From Squalus acanthias (Eukaryota), in contig CM059432.1 of NCBI GenBank assembly GCA_030390025.1, positions 133,116,001 to 133,180,000 on the forward strand: DNA of 64,000 nucleotides, read 5' to 3'. Made by a program: the position numbers and the translations under genes. Below are positions 12,046 through 24,800 of this stretch, one piece after another. The notes under the pieces are model-generated. The model made no database searches, was not told the DNA's origin, and worked only from the letters and a program-made list of their open reading frames with translations. Position 1 is the stretch's first letter. Each line of letters starts with the position of its first letter.

Positions 12046-12744
12046 TAAAATTATAAAAGAAAGAAGGTCGCATTGCGGTCGATGTACAAAATAAAGGTTC
12101 TTTGGTGGACAACATGGTAGCTCTCGAGTGGAGTTTTCAGAGTAAACTGTACCAGAATAAGAGTCTGCATAAAAGCTCCTGAATGAGGTGGTAACAAAAG
12201 CTACATGTTATACATCTTTAACGTCAACCTTTAGAGTTGTTCCACTCACAATGTTTTCCTTGATATTTTCTTCCCTGACAAGATCACATTTCTCTATACC
12301 AGATATAATTTTTCATCTATTTTATTATTAGGATTCTAAAATACTTTACTGACCGGTCTTTTCACACATGTATGTGCATGCGTGTGTCAGCTTTTCTATT
12401 TCACCCCAAAACACCCTCTCTAAAAAAAAATCATACAACAGTTCACAAGAGTTCGTTTCTACTTTCTTTGAAATCTTTTCTGTGGAACAGTCGAAAATGG
12501 CTTTTCGAAACTTCAAACCGTATTTTCTCCCGAGTGTAATGAGCTGACTGGACTTGTGGCAGGTAAAAAATGAGTCACATTCCTTATAACACATAAAGCC
12601 GGTCTTTTTTTGTGGTAAGTTATTTAATGTCGTAGTTACACTTTATGTTTGTGATAGAGGGGTAAATTTTCAACTTGCCTCCCAGGCATAGATATGCTGT
12701 TGCAGATTAGCCCCTGTAATAGAAACCGCCCGATTTATAGAATC

Positions 12745-14347
12745 TCAGGTGGACGGAAAAGATCCCATGGGACTATTTCAAAGAAGAGCAGGGGAGTTCT
12801 CCCCAGTGAAAATGGCCAACATTTATCCATCAACCAACACCTAAAACTGATAAACTGATCACTTATCTCATTGCTGTTTGTGGGAGCTTGCTGTTGTAGG
12901 GGGTGGTGTGTGGGGTCAACCTTCATCTCTGACTCAGTGAGCGGTTCGAATCGCTCCCACGCCCCTGGTTCTAGACTTTGGACTTATTTAGGGGTTGTGA
13001 ACAAAGATGCAGTAGACAACAGGTACTGATGAAAGAATTTTGACTTTATTAAAAGAAAAAGGTAACAAACTTAAAACACACTTAACACTTAAACACAGGT
13101 TGGGGAACACACGGTACAGCTGAGGGAGAATGACAATATACAAAAAAAACCTTATCCCTCCCAAAAATCCCACTATCTAGCTAGGTTTTGGTTTCAGGAG
13201 ATCAGGGATAATGCTCACCAAATGAATCCTTGACAGTTGAGAGTTAGGGTTTAGAGTCTTTTGAGTAAAAGGTTTCATAAGGCCCTTGTTGCCACGAGGT
13301 GTCCAATGGTCACTGAGGCAGTCGCTCTGGTTTCTCCTTGCGTGTTGGTCTGCTTGTGAAGTTGTTGGCCTTCTTTCCTCCTCCTGCTCGTGGCTTGTGG
13401 TGTCTTGCTGGAACAGAGCTGAGAGAGAGCTGTGCGAGCGTTGAAAGCATTGTCAGAGAGTCCAGAGAGACTGTCTTGGGGGATTAGGCCCCCAATTATA
13501 CTGTTTAGGCCTTTTGTCCTTTTTGCGCCCAAAACCCCTTACTAAATCGGTTTCCTTTAGATTTCAATTGAGCCCTGTTTATTCCATTGTCTTAGTTTTG
13601 GCGGACTTGTTAGTTTCGATGGCTTTAACTTGGTGTTAAACATGTCCTGATGGCTTCCAATGTTTCCCATTTAGGCAGGACCTTTATCTGCGCGCCAAAT
13701 CTTGTCCCTATTGTCCTAGGTTTTTGGTGGGCTTGTAAATCTGACCCTGTGGATACCTGGTTGATTGTTTTTTGATGAAGTAATCGGGGTACTAAATGTT
13801 TTATTGATTTCAGGCTTCTGTATCCTGTTTGGGCCTGGGAATTTCAAAAGGGGTCTTGGATTATTCATATTTTGATGTGTGTGTGAGGTTTTGGGTTTGT
13901 CTCTTCCTCCCTGGTAGGATTGCAGTGTAAACAATTCCCAGACAGCTTGACTGGGCCCCAATACCCAAAGCTGTCCACTGCCTGGCCACGCCCCTCCGCA
14001 GCCTGTCTTGTGTCTGTGAAAGGTGTCTTTCCCAACAGTAAGATTCAAAAGTCATTTTCCTCAGGGTTTTTCTTCCCTGATCTTTAAAATGTCCAAAACT
14101 GAGGTTTTTACCTCAAATCACTTCACTTAGGTCCCATCATCCCAAGTTTGTATGAAAGTTCCATAAATCACTCCCTTTAGGGTTCTGTTCGAGTTTCTGG
14201 GGGATTTTGCGAAGCCTACACTGTGTGCAAATTGGCTGCCACGTTTCCTACATTGTAACAGTGACTTCAAAAGTACTTCATTGGCTGCAAAGTGCTCTGG
14301 GATGCGCTGAGTTCATGAAAGGCGCTCTATAAAGGCAAGTTCTTTAT
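12745..14347 (+). mobile_element. Deu-domain SINE (5'-truncated) split by a solo LTR
   Basis: Core 12745-12894 continues seamlessly at 14221-14347. Confidence 0.85.
12895..14220 (-). mobile_element. Solo LTR (1326 bp), Gypsy- or ERV-type
   Basis: Termini TGTAGG...CCTACA, 4-bp TSD CTGT (12891-12894 / 14221-14224), no recognisable ORF; orientation inferred from a minus-strand AATAAA near 13045 and TATAA near 13500. Confidence 0.85.
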
Positions 14348-15065
14348 TGGTGGCTGATCCGCAGCACCAGTTGTATTCCTGCACAAGTTCTTTTATACTG
14401 CATTTAATCTGAAGGTAAACCATAATACTAACAATTTCACTGAAATCAGCAGTTTAGCACCAGGACTGATATCACCTGGAAGGTGTGGTTTCACACCAAA
14501 AATAAGTGGCGGCTAGCTTTTGAACTTGGTGGTGTGTTATACTACCTTTAAGTTTCTAATAATAGAAAAGTGTTGACGATCCCAACTTTAGAATTTTCAC
14601 TGAAAGTCAGAAAGTGAGCAGAATCTCACCTGTGTGTTTATTTGTAAGTGCAAGTAAAATAAACTTACTTGTTTCTTTTGATGCTGGATTATCAGGGGCT
14701 CGAGCAACAATAGCAACATAAAAAAAAGGAACACATTCGATACTCCCATACAAAGATCTCCCTCATTTCCTGGAAACACTGCTTGGTTTGTTCAAGTTTT
14801 TTGAAACCTACTGATACAAGTACAAGGTCTGTGTACTGTCTAATTTCACCTCGAAACTGTTGGGTAGAATTTTCAATGGGGGCTTTCCCGATCGTTCTCC
14901 TGACATTGGTGGGAATCCTAGAGAAACAGCGTAAACAGCCATGGGGGGGCGGGGGGCGGGGGGTGGTGGGATTCTCCCGATCGCCCACTGTCATTTTGCC
15001 CAAGTTACATTGGACAATTGGGAGAAACCCCTCGTGGAAATTCCAGCCATTCCTCGCTAACAAAT

Positions 15066-15266
15066 GATGTGGAGATGCCGATGTTGGACTGGGGTGGACA
15101 AAAGTGAGAAGTCGCACAACACCAGGTTATATTCCAACAGCTTTATTTGAAATCACAAGCTTTCGGAGCTTTGACTTCACCTGACGAAGGAGCAGCGCTC
15201 CGAAAGCTTGTGATTTCAAATAAAGTTGTTGGACTATAACCTGGTGTTGTGCGACTTCTCACTTTT
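15066..15266. mobile_element. Penelope-derived mini-palindrome (inverted pLTR ends + extension)
   Basis: Arms ~15100-15169 / 15197-15266; extension 15066-15099 is the reverse complement of the 9523-9557 type; TSD CTAACAAAT (15057-15065 / 15269-15277). Confidence 0.9.
15177..15213 (+). ncRNA. Minimal type I hammerhead ribozyme motif
   Basis: UCAC-CUGACGA-A-GGAGC/agc/GCUCC-GAAA-GC-UU^GUGA. Confidence 0.8.
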
Positions 15267-16559
15267 CTCTAACAAATAGACTAGAACCTTGTGTTTTGAT
15301 GTCTGTTCTAATGTTGTATGTTGCGCTAAGAATAATTTGATTTTAATTGACAGTTATCAGAGCAATCTATTTTAATGCTGTAATTGTGCTTTAACGGTCA
15401 TAAAGTAACTGCTGTAAATGCATATATTAATGGTGAATTCCTTTACCACTCAACACTACTGAGATATTAATCCGGAGTATTTCATAGGCATTTGCCGTGT
15501 GTACAACACTGTCTACCAACTCTACTAACATGCTGTTATAAAATGCACCAAAGCAGGAAATTTCTACCAAGCAGCAGGTAGTTGCTTAAATAAAATCTTT
15601 GGAGTGATAAGCAATTGTAAATTGGGGGATGGGTGGGGGGAAGCCCATTGATAGCCAAAGCCCACCTGTAAATGGGCAAGCAGTCCGCCCGCCTGATACA
15701 GGTGGGAAGCTGCTTAAATATGCAAATCTGGGTCCTACGGCGGTTATCGGAACCTGACTGCAATTTTCGGGTACAAATGGAGGGGGGGGGGGGGGCGGGG
15801 GTGGGATGGGGGTAGATGAGCGCCATGCTAGCTCTGCCCAGTTGTACAAGGCATTGAGCGACCTAAGGAACTGCAATAGGTTGCTCAAATAATGGCCCAG
15901 GAAGCTTTCAACGTTTATCTTTGTTGGGCCTAGGAGGAGAAGGAGCGTTCCTCTTGGGGACCCCCAACAAAATACTCTGGCCAGCTGTCAGGCTGTTCGA
16001 GGACCCCCCCCCCCGACCACCCCCACCCCCCTACTCCTGATCCTCTCCCCCCCCCCACCTACCGGCCAGCTCAGCACCCTCCTATAACTGACTTCACACC
16101 CATTTTGGGTGCCACTTGAAAATCAGCCCCCTAGTTTCTCTGCCTTGTCAGAATATTTAAGTTGTCTACGTAACAAGAGTCAAACATGAAAAACAAAGTT
16201 ACTTCAAATGTTTTTCTTTAAAGTCATCGGACACTCTACACACTGCAGGGAACACTAGTAAAGTCTGAATTAAAATATGAAGCCCATAAATCATAGTGTA
16301 TCTAATAGTGCTCCCATTCTTAGATGCTCCCACTTGTTAGAAACTGTCAGCCAATAACTCATAGTGCTACCACGTTATGCCAGTCATGGCGTATAGCGGG
16401 CAAATCGCGCTCGCACAAACACTCCCGCTATAAGTGGTGGGGACTGTACGTGCGTCCCTGATCTCCGTATTTATACATTTCCTCCACTACTAGCATGAGG
16501 TCTGCAGACAACTTCTACCGGAGCCTTTCATTCTTGGCCACGGATGGGAAACTGTAGTC

Positions 16560-17442
16560 ATGAGGAGCGACCTGAGATTTTGGGACTGGAGCACGGAAGA
16601 CCAAGACGATTTAGCAGAAGTTTTTAAAATTCTGAAGAATTTTCATAGAATAAATTGGGAAATACCATTTCCTCTGGCTCAGGAGTTGGTGACGAGGGAT
16701 CATCAACTTAAAATTAACACCGAGAATTTGTAAAGAAAGACTTGCAATTATATAGCGCCTTTCATGACCACCGGACGTCTCAAAGCACTTTACAGCCAAT
16801 TAAGTACTTTTGGAGTGTAGTCACTGTTGTAATGTGGGAAACGCGGCAGCCAATTTGCGCACAGCAAACAGCAATGTGATGATGACCAGATAATCTGTTT
16901 TTGTTAATTGAGGGATAAATATTGGCCAGGACACCAGGGATAACTCCCCTACTCTTACTTCGAAATAGTGCCACGGGATCTTTTACATCCACCTGAGAGA
17001 GCAGACGGGGCCTCGGTTTAACATCTCATCCGAAAGACAGCACCTCCGACAGTGCAGCACTCCCTCAGCACTGCACTGGGAGTGTCAGCCTAGCTTTATA
17101 TACTCAAGTTCTTGGAGTGGGACTTGAACCCACAACCGTCTGACTCAAAGGCAAGTGTGCTACCCATTGAGCCACAGCTGATACTGAAGAGAGTTGAAGA
17201 GAAATGTCTTTACATAAAAGATTGTTGGAGCATTGGAATGCTTTGCCAGAGGGTGTGGGTGAGGCAAACCATTTCATTGTTTAAGCGAAAATTGGATAAA
17301 TGTTTGAAGCAGAAGAAAATACAAGCCTATAGGGAGAGAGCAGGGCAATGGGGATTAGGTTTTGGTTGCTATAGTAAAGAGCTGAGCCAGTCACCATGAG
17401 GCTGAATGGGCTCCTTCTGTGCGGTAAGCTATGGTTCTATGA
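16560..17442 (+). mobile_element. Old CR1 3' fragment split by a SINE
   Basis: Decayed ORF2 C-terminus at 16560-16730 and 17185-17360; tail GGTTCTATGAT. Confidence 0.65.
16732..17181 (-). mobile_element. Full-length Deu-domain SINE
   Basis: Closely similar to 4286-4757. Confidence 0.85.
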
Positions 17443-17704
17443 TAAGCTGCTCACCAATACCAAATTTCACCCACACCCCCTGCTAACTAACACATTCCTT
17501 ATCATCTGACCCATAAAGCCCAACATTTGCCTTCCTGGCTGTTGTAACAATTTAAGAAAAAAATCCATATTGTCAGTACAAGCACATAACGCGCACATAT
17601 AGGTCAAATATGTAATTTTAGAAAACACAACCACGGAGTTGCCCAGCGGTATAATCAGAGCAGCTCCACTCAATCCATCCAAATCATTGAGTATGGACAA
17701 TGAT

Positions 17705-18206
17705 AGGCAGTTCAGAGACGATTCACTCGGTTGATTCCTGAGATGAGGGGGTTGAATTATGAAGAAAAGTTGAGCAGGTTGGGCCTATACTCATTGGAAT
17801 TTAGAAGAATGAGATGTGATCTCATTGAAACATATAAGATACTGAGGGGGCTCGACAAAGTAGATGCAGAGAGGATGTTTCCCCTCATGGGGAAATTTAG
17901 AACTCGGGGGCATAGTTTCAGAATAAAGGGTCGCCCTTTTAGAACTGAGATGAGGAGGAATTTCTTCTCTCAGAGGGTCGTAAATCTGTGGAATTCTCTG
18001 CCCCAGAGAGCCATGGAGGCTGGGTCATTAAATACATTTAAGATGGAGATAGACAGATTTTTGCAAGATAAGGGAGTGAAGGGTTATGGGGAGCGGGCAG
18101 GGAAGTGGCTTTGAGCCCAAGGTCAGTCATGATCTTATTGAATGGCGGAGCAGGCTCGAGGGGCCAAGTGGCCTATTCCTGCTCCTATTTCTTATGTTCT
18201 TATGTC
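17705..18206 (+). mobile_element. CR1 LINE 3' fragment
   Basis: LGLYSLEFRRMR...RVVNLWNSLP; (TTCTTATG)n tail. Confidence 0.9.
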
Positions 18207-18830
18207 TCAGCATTAACATGCTAACAGGCTGTAGAAACTCCTTAAACAATGGTGCCAAGTCTCCGCAGGAACATGGTGCAAGTCTGTGCCAATTCTAAAT
18301 GAGCATCCCTCTGTTAATGTGCAATCAATGTCCAATCCTGACCAGAGTTTCGCAAGATCAATGAAACACAGCAAATATGCTTCACCTGTTTTTGTTTGTT
18401 TTAAGGGTATGTAAACCATACACTAGTAATCATTTCTTAAAATGTCTTTTTTTTTTAAAGTGTTTTTTTTTAAAAAGTGGCATATTTTTATCTTCTGAAA
18501 CTCTGGCCGCATTAATATCTCTGATGGATGTTACACGTGGATGGAATCAATCTATATTTACCTCAGCAGAGAAAGGCTGAAATAGATCTCGGCATTATGA
18601 GGCATGTGTTCGGATCATTGACCGGGATTAAACTAATGAAGTTGTCCTAATCAGATGAGAAAGTGAGTGTTCTGTCTGAAATGCTCTCCTGGGTGTGCTG
18701 GTGACGTGGTCCTGTCTCCTTCGTGTTTCTGTGCAGAGTGGCTATTTTAGAATGTCATTGTGGAGTGGACGGCCCCGACTATCCCTCCATACTGAGGGAG
18801 AGGCTGGTGCTGTGATAATTATTGAACACT

Positions 18831-21800
18831 ATGGACTACAAGAGGAGACGGGAATTCAGATCTCAAATTCGAGAATTTATAGCAGAGCCTGTCGTACGAG
18901 TGAGCTTTTGTACATACATTTATGGTGCAACTGCTTATATTCGGGGTCACTGATTTACAGTGACTGAATAAGTCAAATTCCGTTTTTATTACACGGCATT
19001 CAGGGATTGTTACCAGTGTTTTGGGGGAATGTAATTTGGAATTGTGTTCCTTTTGTAATTATGGCCATTGTTTCAGAGTAACTGAAGAAGTCAAATTCCT
19101 TCTTTATTACATGGGATACTGGAATTTTTATCCGTTTTGGGGATTGAGTTCTCCAATTCTCCAATGTTGTGGAAACCCGGAATACTTTCACTTGGTAATT
19201 GTAGCCTTCACTGAAGTATCATGTAAGATATCCTGTCCTCTATGATCCTGCACAATTACTTATTTTTAGGTTCCAATCCTTTGGCATGATTTAGATTCCA
19301 CACTATGTTTCATAACGTTTAATACATCGGAAAATGTCCAAATTCTACAGGATTTATTTGTTTTGCTAAGAGTAATAGTCCCTTTGTAGCTTAAGAAGCA
19401 ACAAGCAGTCTCCATGGTTATGCGGCAGTGTAATTTTAAATCATTGTCTGCTACCCATGCAAATGATTCAATTTCAACGTAGGCCTTGATCTAATAGAGA
19501 TGAACAATGTGCTTTATAACCTTTTATCTAGAATTTAGTTGAAATAAGCTGTTCTACAAAGAGAATCCGTCAACCACATCAGGATGGGCTGATTATAATG
19601 AAACAGCGTCACGATAATACAAACAAACTCCACAAGAAGAAAATAAATAGTACAATGGAGTAAGTAGTGCAGTATGTATGGAAAGTCATGGGGAGTGTGC
19701 CTGCGATTTCACAATATACGCTCCCAGCGGGAGTAGCTTTGTCCCAGAAGTGTGCATTTGGAAAATTGAACTTTTATGCCAATAAACTAGATTTGATTAC
19801 GGTCATGCTTCAACAGTCACAGTGATCTTACATGAAACATTTAAACAGCGATTGCTTACAACAGGCCATGAATTTCTGAGATTGGAGATCAAAAGTGGAA
19901 AGGCTCATTGTCTCTGCTACCCAACTTTGGAAGGAAGGCAGTTAAAGCGGGATCAAGATCTACATTTCTGAGTATGACCAGATGACCTGTGAGTGGGTTT
20001 CTTGCCTAGGTTATCGGATGTAAAGTTGGAAAGAAAAAATTAGTTCCTAAATAAAGTTGTGAGGTGAGGTTCATGCCTCCTTGCTGATGGAAGCCATTTT
20101 TAAAAGTGTTCTTCCTCCAGGCTGGGTGTTGACATTTAACGAGACTGGATTTGTTAATATTACTGAAGAGTCCATCATGCACTTTACTTTCCTCTTTGCT
20201 GTTAAGATTCTACGGTGCATCATGTTCAACTTGTGTCTACAGTAGGTACTGCAGTTGAGTTCACCTCACCTCAACAAGCGGTCAAGGGCAGTGCAATGAC
20301 CTGCCAACATCTTGCGGTTAATTCCCTACCAATTGGTGATGTGGGAAGCAGAAGGTGCTGTAGCTAGTTTACCAACATACAAAACTGATGGGTGGGGAAA
20401 GGCCAGCTGGTCCATCAAGACTGCCCCACACACCATGATGGCTGGAGTGACTAGACACTTTCCACTTCCAACCCCCACATAATCTCCTGGGAGACGTGAA
20501 AAAACCCAGGGCCAATAAGAGGAAAAAGTACTTTGGAAAATTCCTCCCCAACCCCCTCAGGCAATCAAAACCAGTCCAGGAGATCACATGGACCAAGTCT
20601 TATCTATAAAGACACTTACCTTCTATATGATGCGATCTCTGCCCCAGTCAAGAACCGGTCCAGCTCCCTCTTGAAGGTATATATATAACAACAACATACA
20701 AATACATAGGGCTCAATTTTAATAGCCCTGAGGAGGCGGGTTTGGAGGCAAAAATCGGTTAAAAAATGGCTTCAGACACCCAACCCGCCTCCATCCCGCT
20801 CCCACCCGACTTTCGTGAGTGTCGGGTCAGCCGCTCCCAAACTGACCCGACTGGAACCGGTGGGACAGGTAGTTAAGGCAGTTAAGAGCCTGTTAACTGC
20901 CTTGCTAATCCTATTTTCATCGTGGTTTCCCATTTTCGTGCTTCTGGCTCCTGTTTCCCGACTTGTCAGAAACAGGCCAGCTTCAAGGAGACGAGTTGCT
21001 GGAGGACATGATTTGTATTCATTGGTGAAACATGGCTGACATTCAAATACAACAACTTTGCTGTTGTAGGTATCGGATAAGATTTTGCACATCTACTGAC
21101 CTTGTGACTGTTCAAGCTGACACCCATCTGCAGTGTGACCTGAATGGAAAAATTTCAGGTCACTTCGACTGTACGCTTGCAAGCTTGTTGCCTCGAATGA
21201 AATCTATAGCAAGGGGATGGGAAAAATTTATGTCCTCATAATCGGGGGAGCAGCAGCCGTGTGGCTCAGCGCAGATCTTCCTCGGAAGAGAAGGGGGAGG
21301 AGGACGAGGGGCGCCTTGCATGCCCTGTTGTGACCAATGCAGCATCCCTCCAGTTCACTGCTGCCCGTCAAGCAGGGTATGCACACTACCATGCCACATT
21401 TGCATAAGCTTACTCTTAAACCAGAGGTGGCCACCATATGGCTCTGTAATTGTAGGTGACATTTGTCCAATGTCATACATCATCTCTGCTATATCCAGTT
21501 ATTTCCTTATCACTTTCACCATCAGCATTACAAAAGTAAGTTGCCCTGAGCTCTCAATGCGCTTTTGCCATTTCCCAGAACACATAGGCCACACAATCAA
21601 CTGTTTTCAATAATTTTTCTTTTACACATGACAAAAGGATAATAAACCAAAAACAGTCAGAAAAAAAAGACAAAACACCCAAGTGAGTCCTCTTGTGACT
21701 ATAGGTGCTTAATCTTTCTCTTACGTGTGTTTCTACGTGGTGCTTCCCCTGTGGCTTCAGCAGATGTAGAGGCACCTTGCTGACTAGGATGCTGCGCCTG

Positions 21801-24800
21801 CTTAGATGACTTTGGCGGGCGTCCTCTGGGTTTGGGAGCCTGGGAGGGCTCTTCGACAGTCTGCTCTTCCTGCAGCTGTGCAGGGGTGGAAACAGCCATC
21901 TCAGTTGTCTCCGCAAAGTGGGTCTCTGACCAAGGGCCCCGCAGTGGCATGGCCGTGTGAGCACTTTGGGAGGAGCCCACACTTCCTTGTGTCTTGCCAA
22001 CAACATCCCCCTCATGGGTCAGCCACACCTCAGTGCTGGAAAGTGGCTGGAGAGCACCTTGCTGCACATCAGGGGGACCATGAGGACCCATATCTGCCCC
22101 GGCAGTCCTCATCACAAGGACGTCCATGAAGCTCTGGTCTCTCTGCTCAATAGCTGCCCATCGCTCCACCAGAGATGACATTCTATTTTGAACATTCACC
22201 ATGTTTTCCTGACTCTGGCGACTTATTTCCTCCATGGCTGTAGCCATCCTTTCCACTGAGGTAGCCAGCCTTTCCACGGAGGTTGCCATCCTATCCATGG
22301 TGGTGCGTTCATGCGCCATTGCCTCCACCACGGCAGTGCTGATGTTAGAGATGGACTCCTCCATTCTCTCCACACTCGCACTAACCCTGGAGGCAAACCC
22401 TTCCAGAGACACCTGCACTTGTTCCTGTATTTCGCGAACCGCTCTTTTTCTGGATGGCCCCAGAGGTACAGTGTCTGCATGCAGCTCAGCAGAGCTGGGA
22501 GATTGCTTCGACCTCCACAGAGGACTTTCCACTGCTGTCGCTGTCTCCACCATCTGCTGATGCTCACTTGTGCACTGTGATAGACCAGGTGACAACACTA
22601 CTCTAACTCGCGAGGGCCCCACCAAGGTGTGCGTTGCTGCGCTGGTGCTGGGTGCGCTGAGTCCTGGTGACGCTGCTCCCTCAGAGGCTTCAGGTTCCTC
22701 TAAGGAGTCGTCTGGCTCTTCGTCCTGGATCATAGGGAGGGGGCGCTCGATAGTCCTGTGGGAGAGTAGAGGCATGATTTCGACATCTGATATTGATGTA
22801 GCAGACACATCCTTTTGAGCAGATGATACAACGCGATTCTCTGTGAACATCATATGCTATTGCAGTCTGAGAGAGATGAAACTCTATTATGTCACCAGCT
22901 TCCTCTAGTGTGCCCGTCTCTCCATCGCCCACTTCCAGATCCTCGCCACCTCCAACAATTTTGTGTGCAGCCTCCTCAGCACTGGTCAAGGTTGCTAGGG
23001 TAGCTGTACCTCCTCCAGTCAGTGCTCTCTCCCTCTTATTGTGGGCTATCTTTTCCTGCAAGGAGGGACACAAGCGGAGTTTCAACCACAGTGATGGAGT
23101 GAGTGTGAATAATCCCTACCATAGAAGCTTTGAGGGAGACGAAGATGGGGTAAGGTGCCAAGAGGAAACTAGCTCCCTGTGCGTTGTTAGTTATTGTCAC
23201 TGCATAACAGTGAGAGCGAGTCTAAGGGGTGCATAGGCAGGATGCTGAAGTGATTCAGTACAGAGATGGATAGGTAAGGGTGCAAGGGAAGTAAGGTTAA
23301 GGTGGTATGTGGAGGAGCAGACTTACAACACAGAGTGCTGGTGATGAGAAGAGAAGGGAAGCAGATTGAAGTTAAGTGTGATGGGATACTCACTTTTCAT
23401 GTTTGCACAAGATCATTAAACCATTTCCTGCACTGGATCCATGAGTGTGAACATATGGACTTTGCGCTGACCTCCTCAGCAATGCGCAGCCAGGCTGCCT
23501 TGGTCTGCTGAGGAGGCTTCCTCCGGCCATCGGGAGGGAAGAGAATCTCCCTGCGCCCTCTGACAGCATTGACAAGAGCATGGAGGGAGTCATCATTAAA
23601 TCGAGGAGCAGCCTTGCCTCTGGAAGAAGTCATTGTGTATGGATCGATCTCACTGAGTATCAGAATCCAGAAGAGAAAGGTTTAGGCTGAATGGCAGCTT
23701 TAAAAGCAGCTGTTATGATGACATCATCAGAGGCGGCCGCTGACCCGATCGCACTCATTGACCGGCCAGCGCGCCCCAATGAAATCAACAAGCTGATTTC
23801 ATTAAAATCGGACATCAGCAGCTGATCCCGCCGGAAGCGGCTCCGGAACCCGCCCACTATGCAACCCGACTCCAACCCGCCTCGGGAATTAAAATCGAGC
23901 CCATAGAGTCAGCACCCACTATACCAGCCGGCAATGTATTCCAGAGACTCACAATGCTCTGGGAATATAAGAATCGCCTAATATCCAGTCTATTCCTACT
24001 CTTACATAGTTTAAACTCGTGTCCCCTGGTCCTCCCCAATCTGTCAAACTGGAATAATCTATCAATAGGCACGTTAACCAAACTTTTAATTATTTTATAG
24101 ATGTCTTTCAGATTGCCTGTAAGTCTACGCTGCTCTAAAGTAAATAGACCAAGGTCCTTAAGCCTATCTAAATATTTGAATAGTTTTCAATGAGGTGGAT
24201 TTAATGGCATTGTCGTTGCAAACTTAAATCTAGTGTAATTTGGGAAAGGGAATGGAGCATAGAGGGGAGGGGTTGTGGCAAAGATAATATGACAGGGTAA
24301 ATTTTATGATTAATGGATGGAAAACTGTGCAAGGTGTGAATTGTGGATGTGACTTTCTGATATGTGCTCCATCAGGCTGGGTGTGCAGAATTGTAAAAGT
24401 TACCCGTACTTTAAGGAGGATTTGACAAAATGGTTAACTCTAGTGGTGAATCCTAATTAGTCTTCAGCATTCAAGCTGAACTGCTCCCTTTAGGTTTCAT
24501 TGAGGCTTTAGTAGTTTATTCTTTCTCTGTGTCTTCCTGGTTCTTTCTGATCTATACACACAAGCACTAATTGCAGGGGAGCTGGGGCGCAGCTGCTCCC
24601 CTAGTGGTAATTCTGAGAGTTGCAGGAAATGTGGATCCAAATCCCACACACACCCTGAGTTTTCATGGGGTTCTTCTGATTTGCTGGAAAGGAAATCAGC
24701 AGAACCCCCCCCCGAGATATGGTGTAAACAGCCATTTTGAGCTACTTATGCCATTTCTCCAGGGAAATTCCAGGCGTATGTTAGAAACATTAGGGTAAAT

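Larger units (their letters stand above)
20709..23902 (-). mobile_element. Non-autonomous PIF/Harbinger transposon retaining only the Myb/SANT gene
   Basis: 15-bp TIRs GGGCTC(A/G)ATTTTAAT, 3-bp TSD ATA (20706-20708 / 23903-23905), no DDE ORF found. Confidence 0.9.
20368..24185 (-). mobile_element. CR1 3' fragment split by a Harbinger (pieces ~20368-20680 and 23906-24185)
   Basis: RTRGHEFKL...SIVSLWNTLPAGIVGADS right of the insertion continues as TTCAAGAGGGAGCTGGAC (FKRELD) left of it. Confidence 0.8.
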
